Source: a bacterium
GTDB taxonomy: Bacteria; Bacillota_I; Bacilli_A; Erysipelotrichales; Erysipelotrichaceae
Assembly (NCBI GenBank): GCA_963605225.1
Contig: CAVCUC010000001.1
Location: 1-63,424, forward strand
DNA length: 63,424 nt
Direction of reading: 5' to 3'
The stretch's first letter is position 1. Every line of letters starts with the position of its first letter. The notes under the pieces were generated by a model that was given only the letters and a program-made list of their open reading frames with translations, searched no databases and was not told the DNA's origin. The translations under genes were made by a program, and so were the position numbers. This document shows, one piece after another, positions 54,889 through 63,424 of the stretch.

Positions 54889-56181
54889 TTAAGCTTCAGC
54901 TTCATTAGCAGCTTCTTGTTCACACATTTGTTTTTCGTAAACTTTGAAGAATGGTAGCCATAATAAGTAACATACAGGGAATAGTAATAAGCAGAAGATT
55001 ACATTTCTAAAATCTAATGTAGATAAGAATGTACTTAATACTACTGGTAATGTTGTCATAATTAATACTTGTGGATAACCGATAAGTTGTAACTTATAAG
55101 CGATTAAGTATAGAAGACCACATACTAATGGTTGTAAGATAAATGGAATCATTAGTGTAGCGTTATACATAATTGGCATACCGAAGATTACTGGTTCGTT
55201 AATATTACAAATATTAGGAATCAAAGCAGCTTTAGATACAGCTTGAATTGTCTTTGATTTAGACTTTAAGCCCATGATTACTAGTGGAAGTGTATTACCT
55301 GCACCACCCCAGATACTCATTGCGGCATATAAGAACATTGGACTATAAACTAATGGTTGACCAGCAGCAGCTAATGCAGCATTTGTCATATATGCTTGAT
55401 ACCAAGGAACCATAATTACAGCGAAGATTACTGTTGTACCATGGATACCGAAGAACCAGAAGATTTGTGCTAGTAACATGATGACAAACATACCAGGTGT
55501 AGATACTAATACACTCATTGGGATAGCTAAGATACCAATAATTAAGTTTGATAATGTTGTACTTGTAAATTTAGCAATTACATAAGATAAGATGTACCAG
55601 AATAATACACACATTCCCATAGGAATAGCTGCTTTAAATGAGTTACCAATTCCTTCTGGAACAGAATCAGGAAGTTTAATACGTAAATCTTTATCCTGTG
55701 CAAATTTCATGATACGTGCACAAACTAAACCAATAATTAACGCAACGAATAAGTTTGTTGATCCTAAGTTAGCGATATTGATGTAGTAAGCTCCATCCAT
55801 TTCTGTTAATGGGCAACATACAATGAAGTAACATGCCATTGCTGTAAAACCAGACATCATTTGGTTTACGCCTAATTGTTTAGAGTAACTAGCCGCAACG
55901 CAATATGTCATAAAGAATGCTAGGATACCCATTGTCCAACGGTATGGAGTATAGAAGAAGTTATATAATTCTCCTGCTGTATCCCAACCTAAGAATGATG
56001 AACCAAGTACACAAATGATTTGGAATACGGCACCAGTCATTAATAGACCCATTGTGCCTCCCATACCACCTGCGATAGAACTAAATAATTTTGAACCTGA
56101 TAGTTTCATTGAGACATCTTCTAATTTATGCATGAAATTAGATTCGGCGATTTTCTCAACAAAGTTTTGTTTTTCTGCCAT
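54889..56181 (-). CDS. PTS lactose/cellobiose-family IIC
   Basis: IKLPDSVP, WFFGIHG, NINEPVIFGMPI, PFFKVY. Confidence 0.93.
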   Translation of the reverse strand: MAEKQNFVEKIAESNFMHKLEDVSMKLSGSKLFSSIAGGMGGTMGLLMTGAVFQIICVLGSSFLGWDTAGELYNFFYTPYRWTMGILAFFMTYCVAASYSKQLGVNQMMSGFTAMACYFIVCCPLTEMDGAYYINIANLGSTNLFVALIIGLVCARIMKFAQDKDLRIKLPDSVPEGIGNSFKAAIPMGMCVLFWYILSYVIAKFTSTTLSNLIIGILAIPMSVLVSTPGMFVIMLLAQIFWFFGIHGTTVIFAVIMVPWYQAYMTNAALAAAGQPLVYSPMFLYAAMSIWGGAGNTLPLVIMGLKSKSKTIQAVSKAALIPNICNINEPVIFGMPIMYNATLMIPFILQPLVCGLLYLIAYKLQLIGYPQVLIMTTLPVVLSTFLSTLDFRNVIFCLLLFPVCYLLWLPFFKVYEKQMCEQEAANEAEA

Positions 56182-56200
56182 GTAATATTATCCCCTTTCT

Positions 56201-56506
56201 TTATCCAAGTAATTTCTTTACTTGTTTATAAATATTTTCAGCATTAGCTAGTGCATAATCTTGTGGTGCCATTAATGCACATGGAATTCCTGCTTTATCA
56301 GCAGACGCTTGTAGTTCGCGGGCACGGTTACGAACTTGTGGTGCATAAAGTAGAACTTGATAACCATTCTTAATGATTTCATCTACTTCACTCGTACCTA
56401 CTGCATGAACTTCGATTTCTTCACCAATCTTTGTTCCATAATCTCTCATCTTCTTCTCAACAATGCTAGATGAGAAGCCACCAGCACAACAAATTAAAAT
56501 TTTCAT
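56201..56506 (-). CDS. PTS lactose/cellobiose-family IIB
   Basis: CCAGGFSSS, APQVR. Confidence 0.92.
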   Translation of the reverse strand: MKILICCAGGFSSSIVEKKMRDYGTKIGEEIEVHAVGTSEVDEIIKNGYQVLLYAPQVRNRARELQASADKAGIPCALMAPQDYALANAENIYKQVKKLLG

Positions 56507-56508
56507 AA

Positions 56509-56856
56509 TTATTTACCCTCCTTTAATTGTTGAACCTCTTTTTCAAGGCTATCTACTCTTTTATAAAGAGTAATGAGTTCTTTGATTAAATCTTGTGCAA
56601 GCTCAGAATTCATTAAATGATCCTGTGCATGGATAAGTAGTACATTAATTGGTACATCCTCACCATTAGCTGTTGCTGTAATTAATTGCATTTGTTCTTT
56701 ATGAACGGGAAGAGTAGCTGCTGTAGCTTCTTTTAGAAGTTCATCTGCTCTCTCAAAGTTTCCATCATTTGCTTCAGTTAATGCTTCAAAAGCACATCCC
56801 TTAGCATCTCCAGCAGCTGCAATTAGCTGCATAGAAATTGACTCTATATCAATCAT
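56509..56856 (-). CDS. PTS lactose/cellobiose-family IIA
   Basis: AGDAK, IHAQDHLM. Confidence 0.93.
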   Translation of the reverse strand: MIDIESISMQLIAAAGDAKGCAFEALTEANDGNFERADELLKEATAATLPVHKEQMQLITATANGEDVPINVLLIHAQDHLMNSELAQDLIKELITLYKRVDSLEKEVQQLKEGK

Positions 56857-57091
56857 TTTTGTATCTCCTTCTTTGTTGATTCTATTAAATCCAAAAAGGA
56901 TGAATGTTTCAAAACGCTATTTTTTAGTTTCAAACAGTATTTTTAAACACTAATTCATTTTTTAAACTGAAAGTGCTTTCTTTTTGTGGATATATGTGAA
57001 ATATCTCGACCTTTCCGCTTTTTAGCAAAGAAAAAACAGTCCCATACAAATAGAACTGTTTAAATTTATTAATTATTTTCAAACGATAAAA

Positions 57092-59698
57092 TTATTTTAA
57101 TATTTCAATAATCGTTGCGATTTCATCATCACTAATGATTACTTCTGCATCTTCCTCTAAATCAACTAGGATATCTTTGATATCGTTATACATTCTCTTA
57201 TTTTTTGATAACAATACATCACGATGAATATTGATTGGCATTTCTGTACCACTTTTAATACGATTAATCATACAAGCTAAATGCAAGAATAATCCCATTT
57301 CTTCATCTGGCGCTAAAACTCTTGTTTTCTTCATCATCCTCTTAATGGTTTTATGAATCGTTGTTTTCAGCTTATTAATATTGATATATTCAAGTTGTTT
57401 ACTGAGATAATCGTATAATTCTTGATATTCTACTAGCTGTTCTTCTTGGATAGGATCTACAGTTAATAACAAATCTAGTTTTTCTATTGGTGTATTAAAT
57501 AACTTCGCTACAGAAACAAATGGAATATTATATAGCCCTGGATCATATGTACCAACAACACATAATATTTCACTACTCTTACGATAGTTATTGATATTAT
57601 CTAGCATCACTTTACGATCACTTGCTGCTAAGGCAATCACTTGTATGCCATCTAAATTCATATTCTTTTCGATATATTGTTTCATTTGTATTGCGGAACC
57701 TGACCCTGAAGCACATAGTGTCACAATAACTTTCTTATTTAAATGATCATATCTTTCATATTCTTCTTTTAATTTAGCAAATGAACCAAAACCATTATTT
57801 AAGATTGCTTTATAGACATCATCTAGTTTCTCTTCACCATCTAGTTTAATAATCGCATCTAGTGCAAATAAGGTCATTGGTAGTTCTACTAGTCGCATCG
57901 TTAACCCTGTTTCACTAGCAATCATTTCCATAATCTTCTTTAATGAACCCATATCATAAAGGACTAGTATTCCTTTAGAATTTCCAATTTTTAAACACAA
58001 AGATTTAATGTTTTCATACGCTTCATCTATACTTTGTTCTAGTAGTAAATCATAACTATATAAATTATCTGTTTTATATAATCCTTCTATTGTTTTTTCT
58101 ATCGCCGAAGCGACTTTACCATGCATCACAAGTAATACTGTTGGTTTATCATGATTACTTTCGTGAAGTCTTCGATTACTAAAATAAATTGTTAGTAGTA
58201 CCGTATCATCAATATTGATAGGAATATGAAATTCTTTATTAATTTTAGATGTTACTCTAGCCGCAAAAGCATACTCTTCAGGATATTTTTCCACAACTTC
58301 TGTAATCTTCTCATTTGAGATTCTTTTTTTTACATTTTTTTGTTGGACTAATTCTTGAATTTGAAAACACATTGCCTGAAATATCGTTGAAGGGTAAACA
58401 CGACTAAATAAAGAACTCGCTTCTTTTAAACTATTATCTACCAACTCAATGATTACGGGATCAATAATCTTTTCTAGTGCTTTACGGTCATATTGTGTAT
58501 CACTTAGTGACATGTGATTAGAAATATCTGTTTCAATATCAGCAGATACAATTGTCATAATATCTTCTTCTGGGATACTTCTACTTTTTAATTCTTTGAT
58601 TTTTTCATCAATCAAATCATAGATAGATTCTTTCTTTTGACGCGTTGATTCTTGTTTCTTACTACTATTTTCTCCACTAAATGTATAGGTATAGTTTTCT
58701 GGTATTAGTTTTTCAATTACTTCGCGATTATCTTTATATTGTAAAAATCCTCTTCTCACATAAGGATTACAATCACTCAAATAAACATTTAATGTGTCTG
58801 TATCTTTGCCGGCATTTCTAACAAATGCATTTGCACATCCTATACGAATATCTTCTTTTAATTGTTTAACATTTCCTTCGCATTTATATAGTAAAAAACA
58901 TCTTAGCAGTTCTGAATTAATGACAATTTCTTTCTTTACTTTTTCACTTTCTTTTTTAAAGAAGGCTTCAATTAATTCAAGTCTTTCTTCAAATCCTCTT
59001 TCTGTAAGTGATGGTAAATCAATCCTAAAAGCAAAATCATTCCGTGCATCTTTATCTAGTGATGTTAATTCTTGAGAAAGTATCGTGATAACTTTAGTAT
59101 TTTCTTCTAAAGTTCTAGCTTGTTCTAATCCTTTACGACTTTCATCATTTATCTTTTCATAGTGGGTAATCAAAATAAATCCACCATATTTTTTCATCAC
59201 ATCATGATATTTACTTTGTATATCTTTGAAACAATTATAGGCACTTTCTTTTGTTTTATAATTTGCAAGATTCACTTCAACAAATGGTGTATCTTCACTC
59301 AATAAATTTTGTGATATCGCAAATTCATACATCTTTTTTGCGAAAAGTACGTTTTCCGTTCCTGGCTCTCCTGATATTAGTGCACGCACTTCTTTTTCAG
59401 GATATAAGATACATGCTTTAGCTAATTTAATTTGATTCTTCATTGAACCATTAGCCCCAATAAAATTCTTGAAGCAATCTTCTTCATGTGTTTTCTTTTG
59501 TAAAAGATGATATTTTACTGGTCTTCCATTTTCTTTCTCTAATTCATTTTCTAAACACAATTGATTTAAAGCTGTTGAAATGTTTGCTCTGGAGATATCA
59601 AATATCTCTGATAATTCTTGAGCAGTAAAAGAAATATCTTCTTTTTCGTTCGTCTTTTCTTTAATAAATTCTAGTATTTTCTGTTTATTTGTTTTCAT
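57092..59698 (-). CDS. LevR/CelR/DgaR-type PRD regulator with a degenerate AAA+ domain
   Basis: N-terminal HTH (SRANISTALNQL, GRPVKY), AAA+ remnant (LPSLTER, GNVKQLK), PRD, IIA-Man-like (MHG, LYDMGSL), IIB-like (CASGSGSA), second PRD. Confidence 0.88.
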   Translation of the reverse strand: MKTNKQKILEFIKEKTNEKEDISFTAQELSEIFDISRANISTALNQLCLENELEKENGRPVKYHLLQKKTHEEDCFKNFIGANGSMKNQIKLAKACILYPEKEVRALISGEPGTENVLFAKKMYEFAISQNLLSEDTPFVEVNLANYKTKESAYNCFKDIQSKYHDVMKKYGGFILITHYEKINDESRKGLEQARTLEENTKVITILSQELTSLDKDARNDFAFRIDLPSLTERGFEERLELIEAFFKKESEKVKKEIVINSELLRCFLLYKCEGNVKQLKEDIRIGCANAFVRNAGKDTDTLNVYLSDCNPYVRRGFLQYKDNREVIEKLIPENYTYTFSGENSSKKQESTRQKKESIYDLIDEKIKELKSRSIPEEDIMTIVSADIETDISNHMSLSDTQYDRKALEKIIDPVIIELVDNSLKEASSLFSRVYPSTIFQAMCFQIQELVQQKNVKKRISNEKITEVVEKYPEEYAFAARVTSKINKEFHIPINIDDTVLLTIYFSNRRLHESNHDKPTVLLVMHGKVASAIEKTIEGLYKTDNLYSYDLLLEQSIDEAYENIKSLCLKIGNSKGILVLYDMGSLKKIMEMIASETGLTMRLVELPMTLFALDAIIKLDGEEKLDDVYKAILNNGFGSFAKLKEEYERYDHLNKKVIVTLCASGSGSAIQMKQYIEKNMNLDGIQVIALAASDRKVMLDNINNYRKSSEILCVVGTYDPGLYNIPFVSVAKLFNTPIEKLDLLLTVDPIQEEQLVEYQELYDYLSKQLEYININKLKTTIHKTIKRMMKKTRVLAPDEEMGLFLHLACMINRIKSGTEMPINIHRDVLLSKNKRMYNDIKDILVDLEEDAEVIISDDEIATIIEILK

Positions 59699-59818
59699 AT
59701 TAAAACCAACCTATTTATATTATTAAACACTACCCTTATTTTTAAAACACTAATTTTTTCTTTATTTTTCTTTCATTTTAGTTTCTTATCATTACAATTA
59801 AGTTAAACGAGGTTATAT

Positions 59819-60268
59819 ATGAAAAGAAGAATTGTATTAAATGCTCCAATTGATAAACTATTTCCAGCTCTAATCTCTCCAACATTAGAAGGCTATAGAA
59901 CAGTAAAAAATAAACTTCCAACAGATGAAGAATTAAAACATGGTCTAACATATCAAATCGAAGTACAAGGTGCTAAACCAAAGCGTTACGCTACAGTTAA
60001 AGTTTTAAAATATGAAAAGCCACATATTTTCTCTATGGAATATACAAGTTCTGCATTCCATAAAATTGATACAGTATGGTTAAATGAAACAACAGATGGT
60101 AAGACAGAATTAATCAGTGAACATATGGAAGAAAGAATCAAGGATGGTAAAGTTATTTCTTCTAAAGGAAAAGATGATTCTAATGTCATTAAACCTGTAT
60201 CATTTTGGGATAGAGGTAAGTATAAAAAACTTGCTTATGCCGTAAAGAAAGGTTTAATCAATTATTAA
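59819..60268 (+). CDS. DUF3284-like protein
   Basis: Size, pattern (GLTY, VKVLKYEKP) and location beside a cellobiose-type PTS operon. RBS GAGG. Confidence 0.55.
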   Translation: MKRRIVLNAPIDKLFPALISPTLEGYRTVKNKLPTDEELKHGLTYQIEVQGAKPKRYATVKVLKYEKPHIFSMEYTSSAFHKIDTVWLNETTDGKTELISEHMEERIKDGKVISSKGKDDSNVIKPVSFWDRGKYKKLAYAVKKGLINY

Positions 60269-60315
60269 CCAAAACGTAATAATTCATTTCTTTATGAATT
60301 CTATAATGTGTACAT

Positions 60316-61893
60316 ATGAGTACACATCTAACTAAATTTGTATATAAAGTAACGAGTATTCTATCTTTTATGATATTTGGAATACTCCTTTATTTTGCAT
60401 TTACTGAGACAGGTACAATTAACTATGATATGAATGAATACAATTATTTTGTTAAAGATAATTTGTGTTTAAACCTTTTATTACTTGTCTTATTAATCTA
60501 TTTCATTCATAAAATCGCAATTATTTTATGCAAGTTTCGTATAAGACATTTAATGATCCTGTTCATGTCATTGATCACAATCCTATTAGTTTATTTAATT
60601 GCACATGTAAATTTAAAACCAACATGGGATAGTGCTAGAACCATTCAAGCTGCTGTAGGACTCATTCATCATGACTATTCAATGTTTACTTATGGTCATT
60701 ATATTTCACAATATCCATTTCAAGTTCCATTAGTACTTTATTATGCATTTTTCATTAAACTATTTGGTGAAAACTATATTATCTTACAATTTATGAATAT
60801 CTTCTTTTTGTTATGGACATATTTCTTCATCATCAAAATATCGTTCTTGATTAGTCATAACAAAGTAGTAACAATCACAACACTATTATTAATTGTTACA
60901 TTTATCCCCTTACAAATGTATGTAATGTTTTTATACTCTAATATTCCTTCTTTATTTTGTATGACTGCTGGGATATATTTCTTTTTATGCCACTATCAAA
61001 ATCATGAATACAAAAATATTGTCATCTCTTTTATATTTTTATGCTTAGCCACATTATTTAAAGGAACAGCATATATTGTCGTCATTGCGGTAATCATCAT
61101 GTATGTATTAGAACTATTACATTCATTCAACATAAAAAAGACGCTACTCATTATCATTTCTACACTAGTTCTACTCATTACACCTACACAAATAAACAAT
61201 GCTGTCTCGATGCTTGATCCTTCTATTTCTTTATCCAGCACTGCTTATAAAGAAATAGCCTTAGTTATGGGTACATCATATGGGCCTAGAGGAGCTGGTT
61301 GGCACAATGGTTGGTATGAGCCAAAGCTATATAAAATGTATGGGAATGACATTCAAGCAATGAAAAAAGATGGTCAAAAACGTACTATGAATAATTTAAA
61401 AGAATTAGTTCAAGACAATAAACTATTATCTTTTTATCATGATAAGGTATGTTCAATGTATATTAATCCTGATTATCAAGGATTTTGGACAATTGTCGCA
61501 AATAAAACTCAACAATTTGGTAAAGGAAGTCACTCAAAACAATCTTTTTTATTCATCAAATATAATCCTAGGAAAGATCGTTATTCTCATTTTACGCGTT
61601 CCTTTATGACAGGAAAAATTAATCGAGTCATCATTGCCTATGAAAATATTTTGATGAATGCCATTTATCTAGGTTGTGTATGCTTTATCTTCTTTAATCG
61701 TAAGCGCATGACAAAAGAAAAGATATTTATCCCTATGATATTTGTAGGTTGTTTCTTATTCTTTTTGGCTTGGGAAGCGAAAGCACAATATAGTGTATTA
61801 TTTTATGTATTACTCTTTCCTATAGCAGCTGAAGGATTAACTTGTTTATCATCATTATTCAAAAATGATATTTTCAATAGCGTAAAGCGGTAA
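60316..61893 (+). CDS. Polytopic membrane protein, probable GT-C (GT39/PMT-like) glycosyltransferase
   Basis: Many transmembrane helices, PTWD, YISQYPFQ, YSNIPSL, WEAKAQY. Confidence 0.65.
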   Translation: MSTHLTKFVYKVTSILSFMIFGILLYFAFTETGTINYDMNEYNYFVKDNLCLNLLLLVLLIYFIHKIAIILCKFRIRHLMILFMSLITILLVYLIAHVNLKPTWDSARTIQAAVGLIHHDYSMFTYGHYISQYPFQVPLVLYYAFFIKLFGENYIILQFMNIFFLLWTYFFIIKISFLISHNKVVTITTLLLIVTFIPLQMYVMFLYSNIPSLFCMTAGIYFFLCHYQNHEYKNIVISFIFLCLATLFKGTAYIVVIAVIIMYVLELLHSFNIKKTLLIIISTLVLLITPTQINNAVSMLDPSISLSSTAYKEIALVMGTSYGPRGAGWHNGWYEPKLYKMYGNDIQAMKKDGQKRTMNNLKELVQDNKLLSFYHDKVCSMYINPDYQGFWTIVANKTQQFGKGSHSKQSFLFIKYNPRKDRYSHFTRSFMTGKINRVIIAYENILMNAIYLGCVCFIFFNRKRMTKEKIFIPMIFVGCFLFFLAWEAKAQYSVLFYVLLFPIAAEGLTCLSSLFKNDIFNSVKR

Positions 61894-63153
61894 ATTTAAA
61901 AGCCAATCTTCTTTTTTGTAGTCACTCATAGAAGTGCGAATCGATAATTCAGGGTTATATTTTTCACGATATGTTTTAAGACTTTTCGCTTTAAGATTTG
62001 TTTCAGCTTTCACTTCAACTGGAACAATCTTTTCACCTGTATCCACAACAAAATCTATTTCACAAGTTCCTCTGTCATTTGTGTAATAATAAACCCCTAA
62101 ATCCTCTATTGTTTTTAACTGTTGGCAAACATATTGTTCCGTTAAAGCTCCTTTGAATTCGATAAAAAGGTCATTACCTTCAATTAATGTGCTTTGTCGA
62201 AGTCCTACCATACAGCTAAGTAAGCCAACATCTACAATAAATAGTTTGAATGCTTTTAGATCTTCATAAGCTTTTAGTGGAATACCTGCCGCATTTACAC
62301 GACTTACTTTGTGTACAAGACCACAATCTGAAAGCCACATAATTGCTGTTTCATAATCTCTAGCTCTACCACCTTCACGCACAAGACCATAAACAAATTT
62401 TTTATTTTCTTTAGCAAGTTGCGATGGAATACTATTCCACACCATACGAAGTTTTGGGACAATTTCATTAGGTGCATGTTTTGAAAAATCCTGTTCATAT
62501 GCAGTAAGAATTCTTTTTTGAATCTCACGAACTACATTGAAATCTTTGTTTTCCGCAAAATTTAAAACTGCTTCTGGCATACCACCAACAAAATAGTAAA
62601 GTTTCAGTGCTTCTATATATGTTTGTTTGAACTTAGTAATCATTTCATAATCTTGACTTTTCAAAAGTTCCGCAAAGCGTTCATTACCAGTAGCCATTAA
62701 AAATTCGCTAAAAGAAAGAGGATAAAGCTTTAAGAAATCAACTTTACCTACAGGAAATGATGTGCCTTGATGTAACGCAATTCCTAATAAAGAACCAGCA
62801 CATACAATATGATACTGTGGAGCATTTTCATAAAAATATTTAAGTGAAGTAAGAGCTCTAGGCACTTCTTGAACTTCATCAAAAATAAGTAAAGTATTAT
62901 CAGGATTTATTTTTTTGCCAGAATATAGCTCAATTCCTAAAATTAAACGTTCTGTATCTAAATCAGTTGCAAATAAATCAGCCATCTTTGAATTTGAATC
63001 AAAGTTTATATATATCGTATTTTCATAAGCTTGTTCACCAAACTCTTTCATTAACCAAGTTTTACCAACTTGTCGTGCTCCTTCAATAATTAGAGGTTTA
63101 CGATACTTGCTAGTTTTCCATTTATATAATTTTTCAATTGCACTTCGATACAT
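61855..63153 (-). CDS. AAA_14 ATPase with DUF4143 (PD-(D/E)xK-like) C-terminus
   Basis: GARQVGKT, IFDEVQ, GGMPE, EIDFVV...PVEVKA. Confidence 0.9.
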   Translation of the reverse strand: MYRSAIEKLYKWKTSKYRKPLIIEGARQVGKTWLMKEFGEQAYENTIYINFDSNSKMADLFATDLDTERLILGIELYSGKKINPDNTLLIFDEVQEVPRALTSLKYFYENAPQYHIVCAGSLLGIALHQGTSFPVGKVDFLKLYPLSFSEFLMATGNERFAELLKSQDYEMITKFKQTYIEALKLYYFVGGMPEAVLNFAENKDFNVVREIQKRILTAYEQDFSKHAPNEIVPKLRMVWNSIPSQLAKENKKFVYGLVREGGRARDYETAIMWLSDCGLVHKVSRVNAAGIPLKAYEDLKAFKLFIVDVGLLSCMVGLRQSTLIEGNDLFIEFKGALTEQYVCQQLKTIEDLGVYYYTNDRGTCEIDFVVDTGEKIVPVEVKAETNLKAKSLKTYREKYNPELSIRTSMSDYKKEDWLLNLPLYAIENIIFE

Positions 63154-63202
63154 ACTTCACCTCCACAATTTATTCATAGATTAATACTAGTATAACAGTT
63201 GA

Positions 63203-63286
63203 TGCCAAAAATTACAGCGAAAAAGTGGTGAGGATTGCCACTTTTTACAGCGAATTATGTGCATGTATGCCAATAAATGCAATGAA
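63203..63286 (+). repeat. Three imperfect ~33-bp tandem units upstream of the AAA_14/DUF4143 gene
   Basis: TGCCAAAAATTACAGCGAA (63203), TGCCACTTTTTACAGCGAA (63236), TGCCAATAAATGCAATGAA (63268). Confidence 0.7.
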
Positions 63287-63394
63287 ACATGGTGATGCCT
63301 TCTAAATCTGCCCCGTTTTATTTTTAAGTATCCTAAAAATAAAATCATCATTAAAAATAATTCGAAATTTTTAAGATAAATTGCATTAAATTTG

Positions 63395-63423
63395 TTGACA
63401 GAGATTTTAAGTATTGGTATATT
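63395..63423 (+). promoter_or_regulatory. Near-consensus sigma-A promoter firing out of the window
   Basis: TTGACA-17 nt-TATATT with extended -10 TG and an AT-rich upstream region. Confidence 0.7.
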
Positions 63424-63424
63424 A

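Noticed and set aside
56857..57091. Sigma-54 (-24/-12) promoter for the PTS operon
   Set aside because: No TGGCAC-N5-TTGC-like motif found on the minus strand.
63203..63299. CRISPR array
   Set aside because: Only three degenerate units with about 14-nt gaps and no cas genes; kept as an operator-like repeat.

Overview
AT-rich chromosomal window from a low-GC Firmicute. An Erysipelotrichales-like origin is inferred from gene content only. Most genes lie on the minus strand. Core blocks are: partial pgk; a Crp regulator with a nucleoside hydrolase; a glycogen cluster (pgm-glgP-pullulanase-DUF885-ung-glgCDA, no glgB); a TetR-controlled ECF transporter ending in a ZinT-like gene; ptsH; a RAT/BglG-controlled beta-glucoside PTS operon; the conserved yybS-gdpP-rplI-dnaB-M23-walJ-htrA-rlmH run, which lacks walRK and carries an apparently inactive HtrA; marR-degV; a MerR-controlled flavinylated lipoprotein reductase; and a cellobiose-type PTS operon with two MupG paralogs and a degenerate LevR-type regulator. 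The most interesting region is an accessory island at about 27.3-32.1 kb. Its plus arm is a Thoeris type II-like pair, in which the ThsA-type macrodomain is fused to a soluble, non-membrane N-terminal domain and followed by a ThsB-like TIR gene. Its divergent minus arm is a coupled DUF4417 / YwqJ-like deaminase toxin / putative immunity operon, followed by decayed cassettes. Phased repeats lie in the shared promoter region. A second candidate defence module (ABC ATPase plus TOPRIM-like protein, AbiL/RloAB-like) with twin palindromic operators lies at 44.4-46.2 kb. No rRNA, tRNA, CRISPR array, integrase or transposase was recognised. All family calls come from motif recognition by eye, not database searches.
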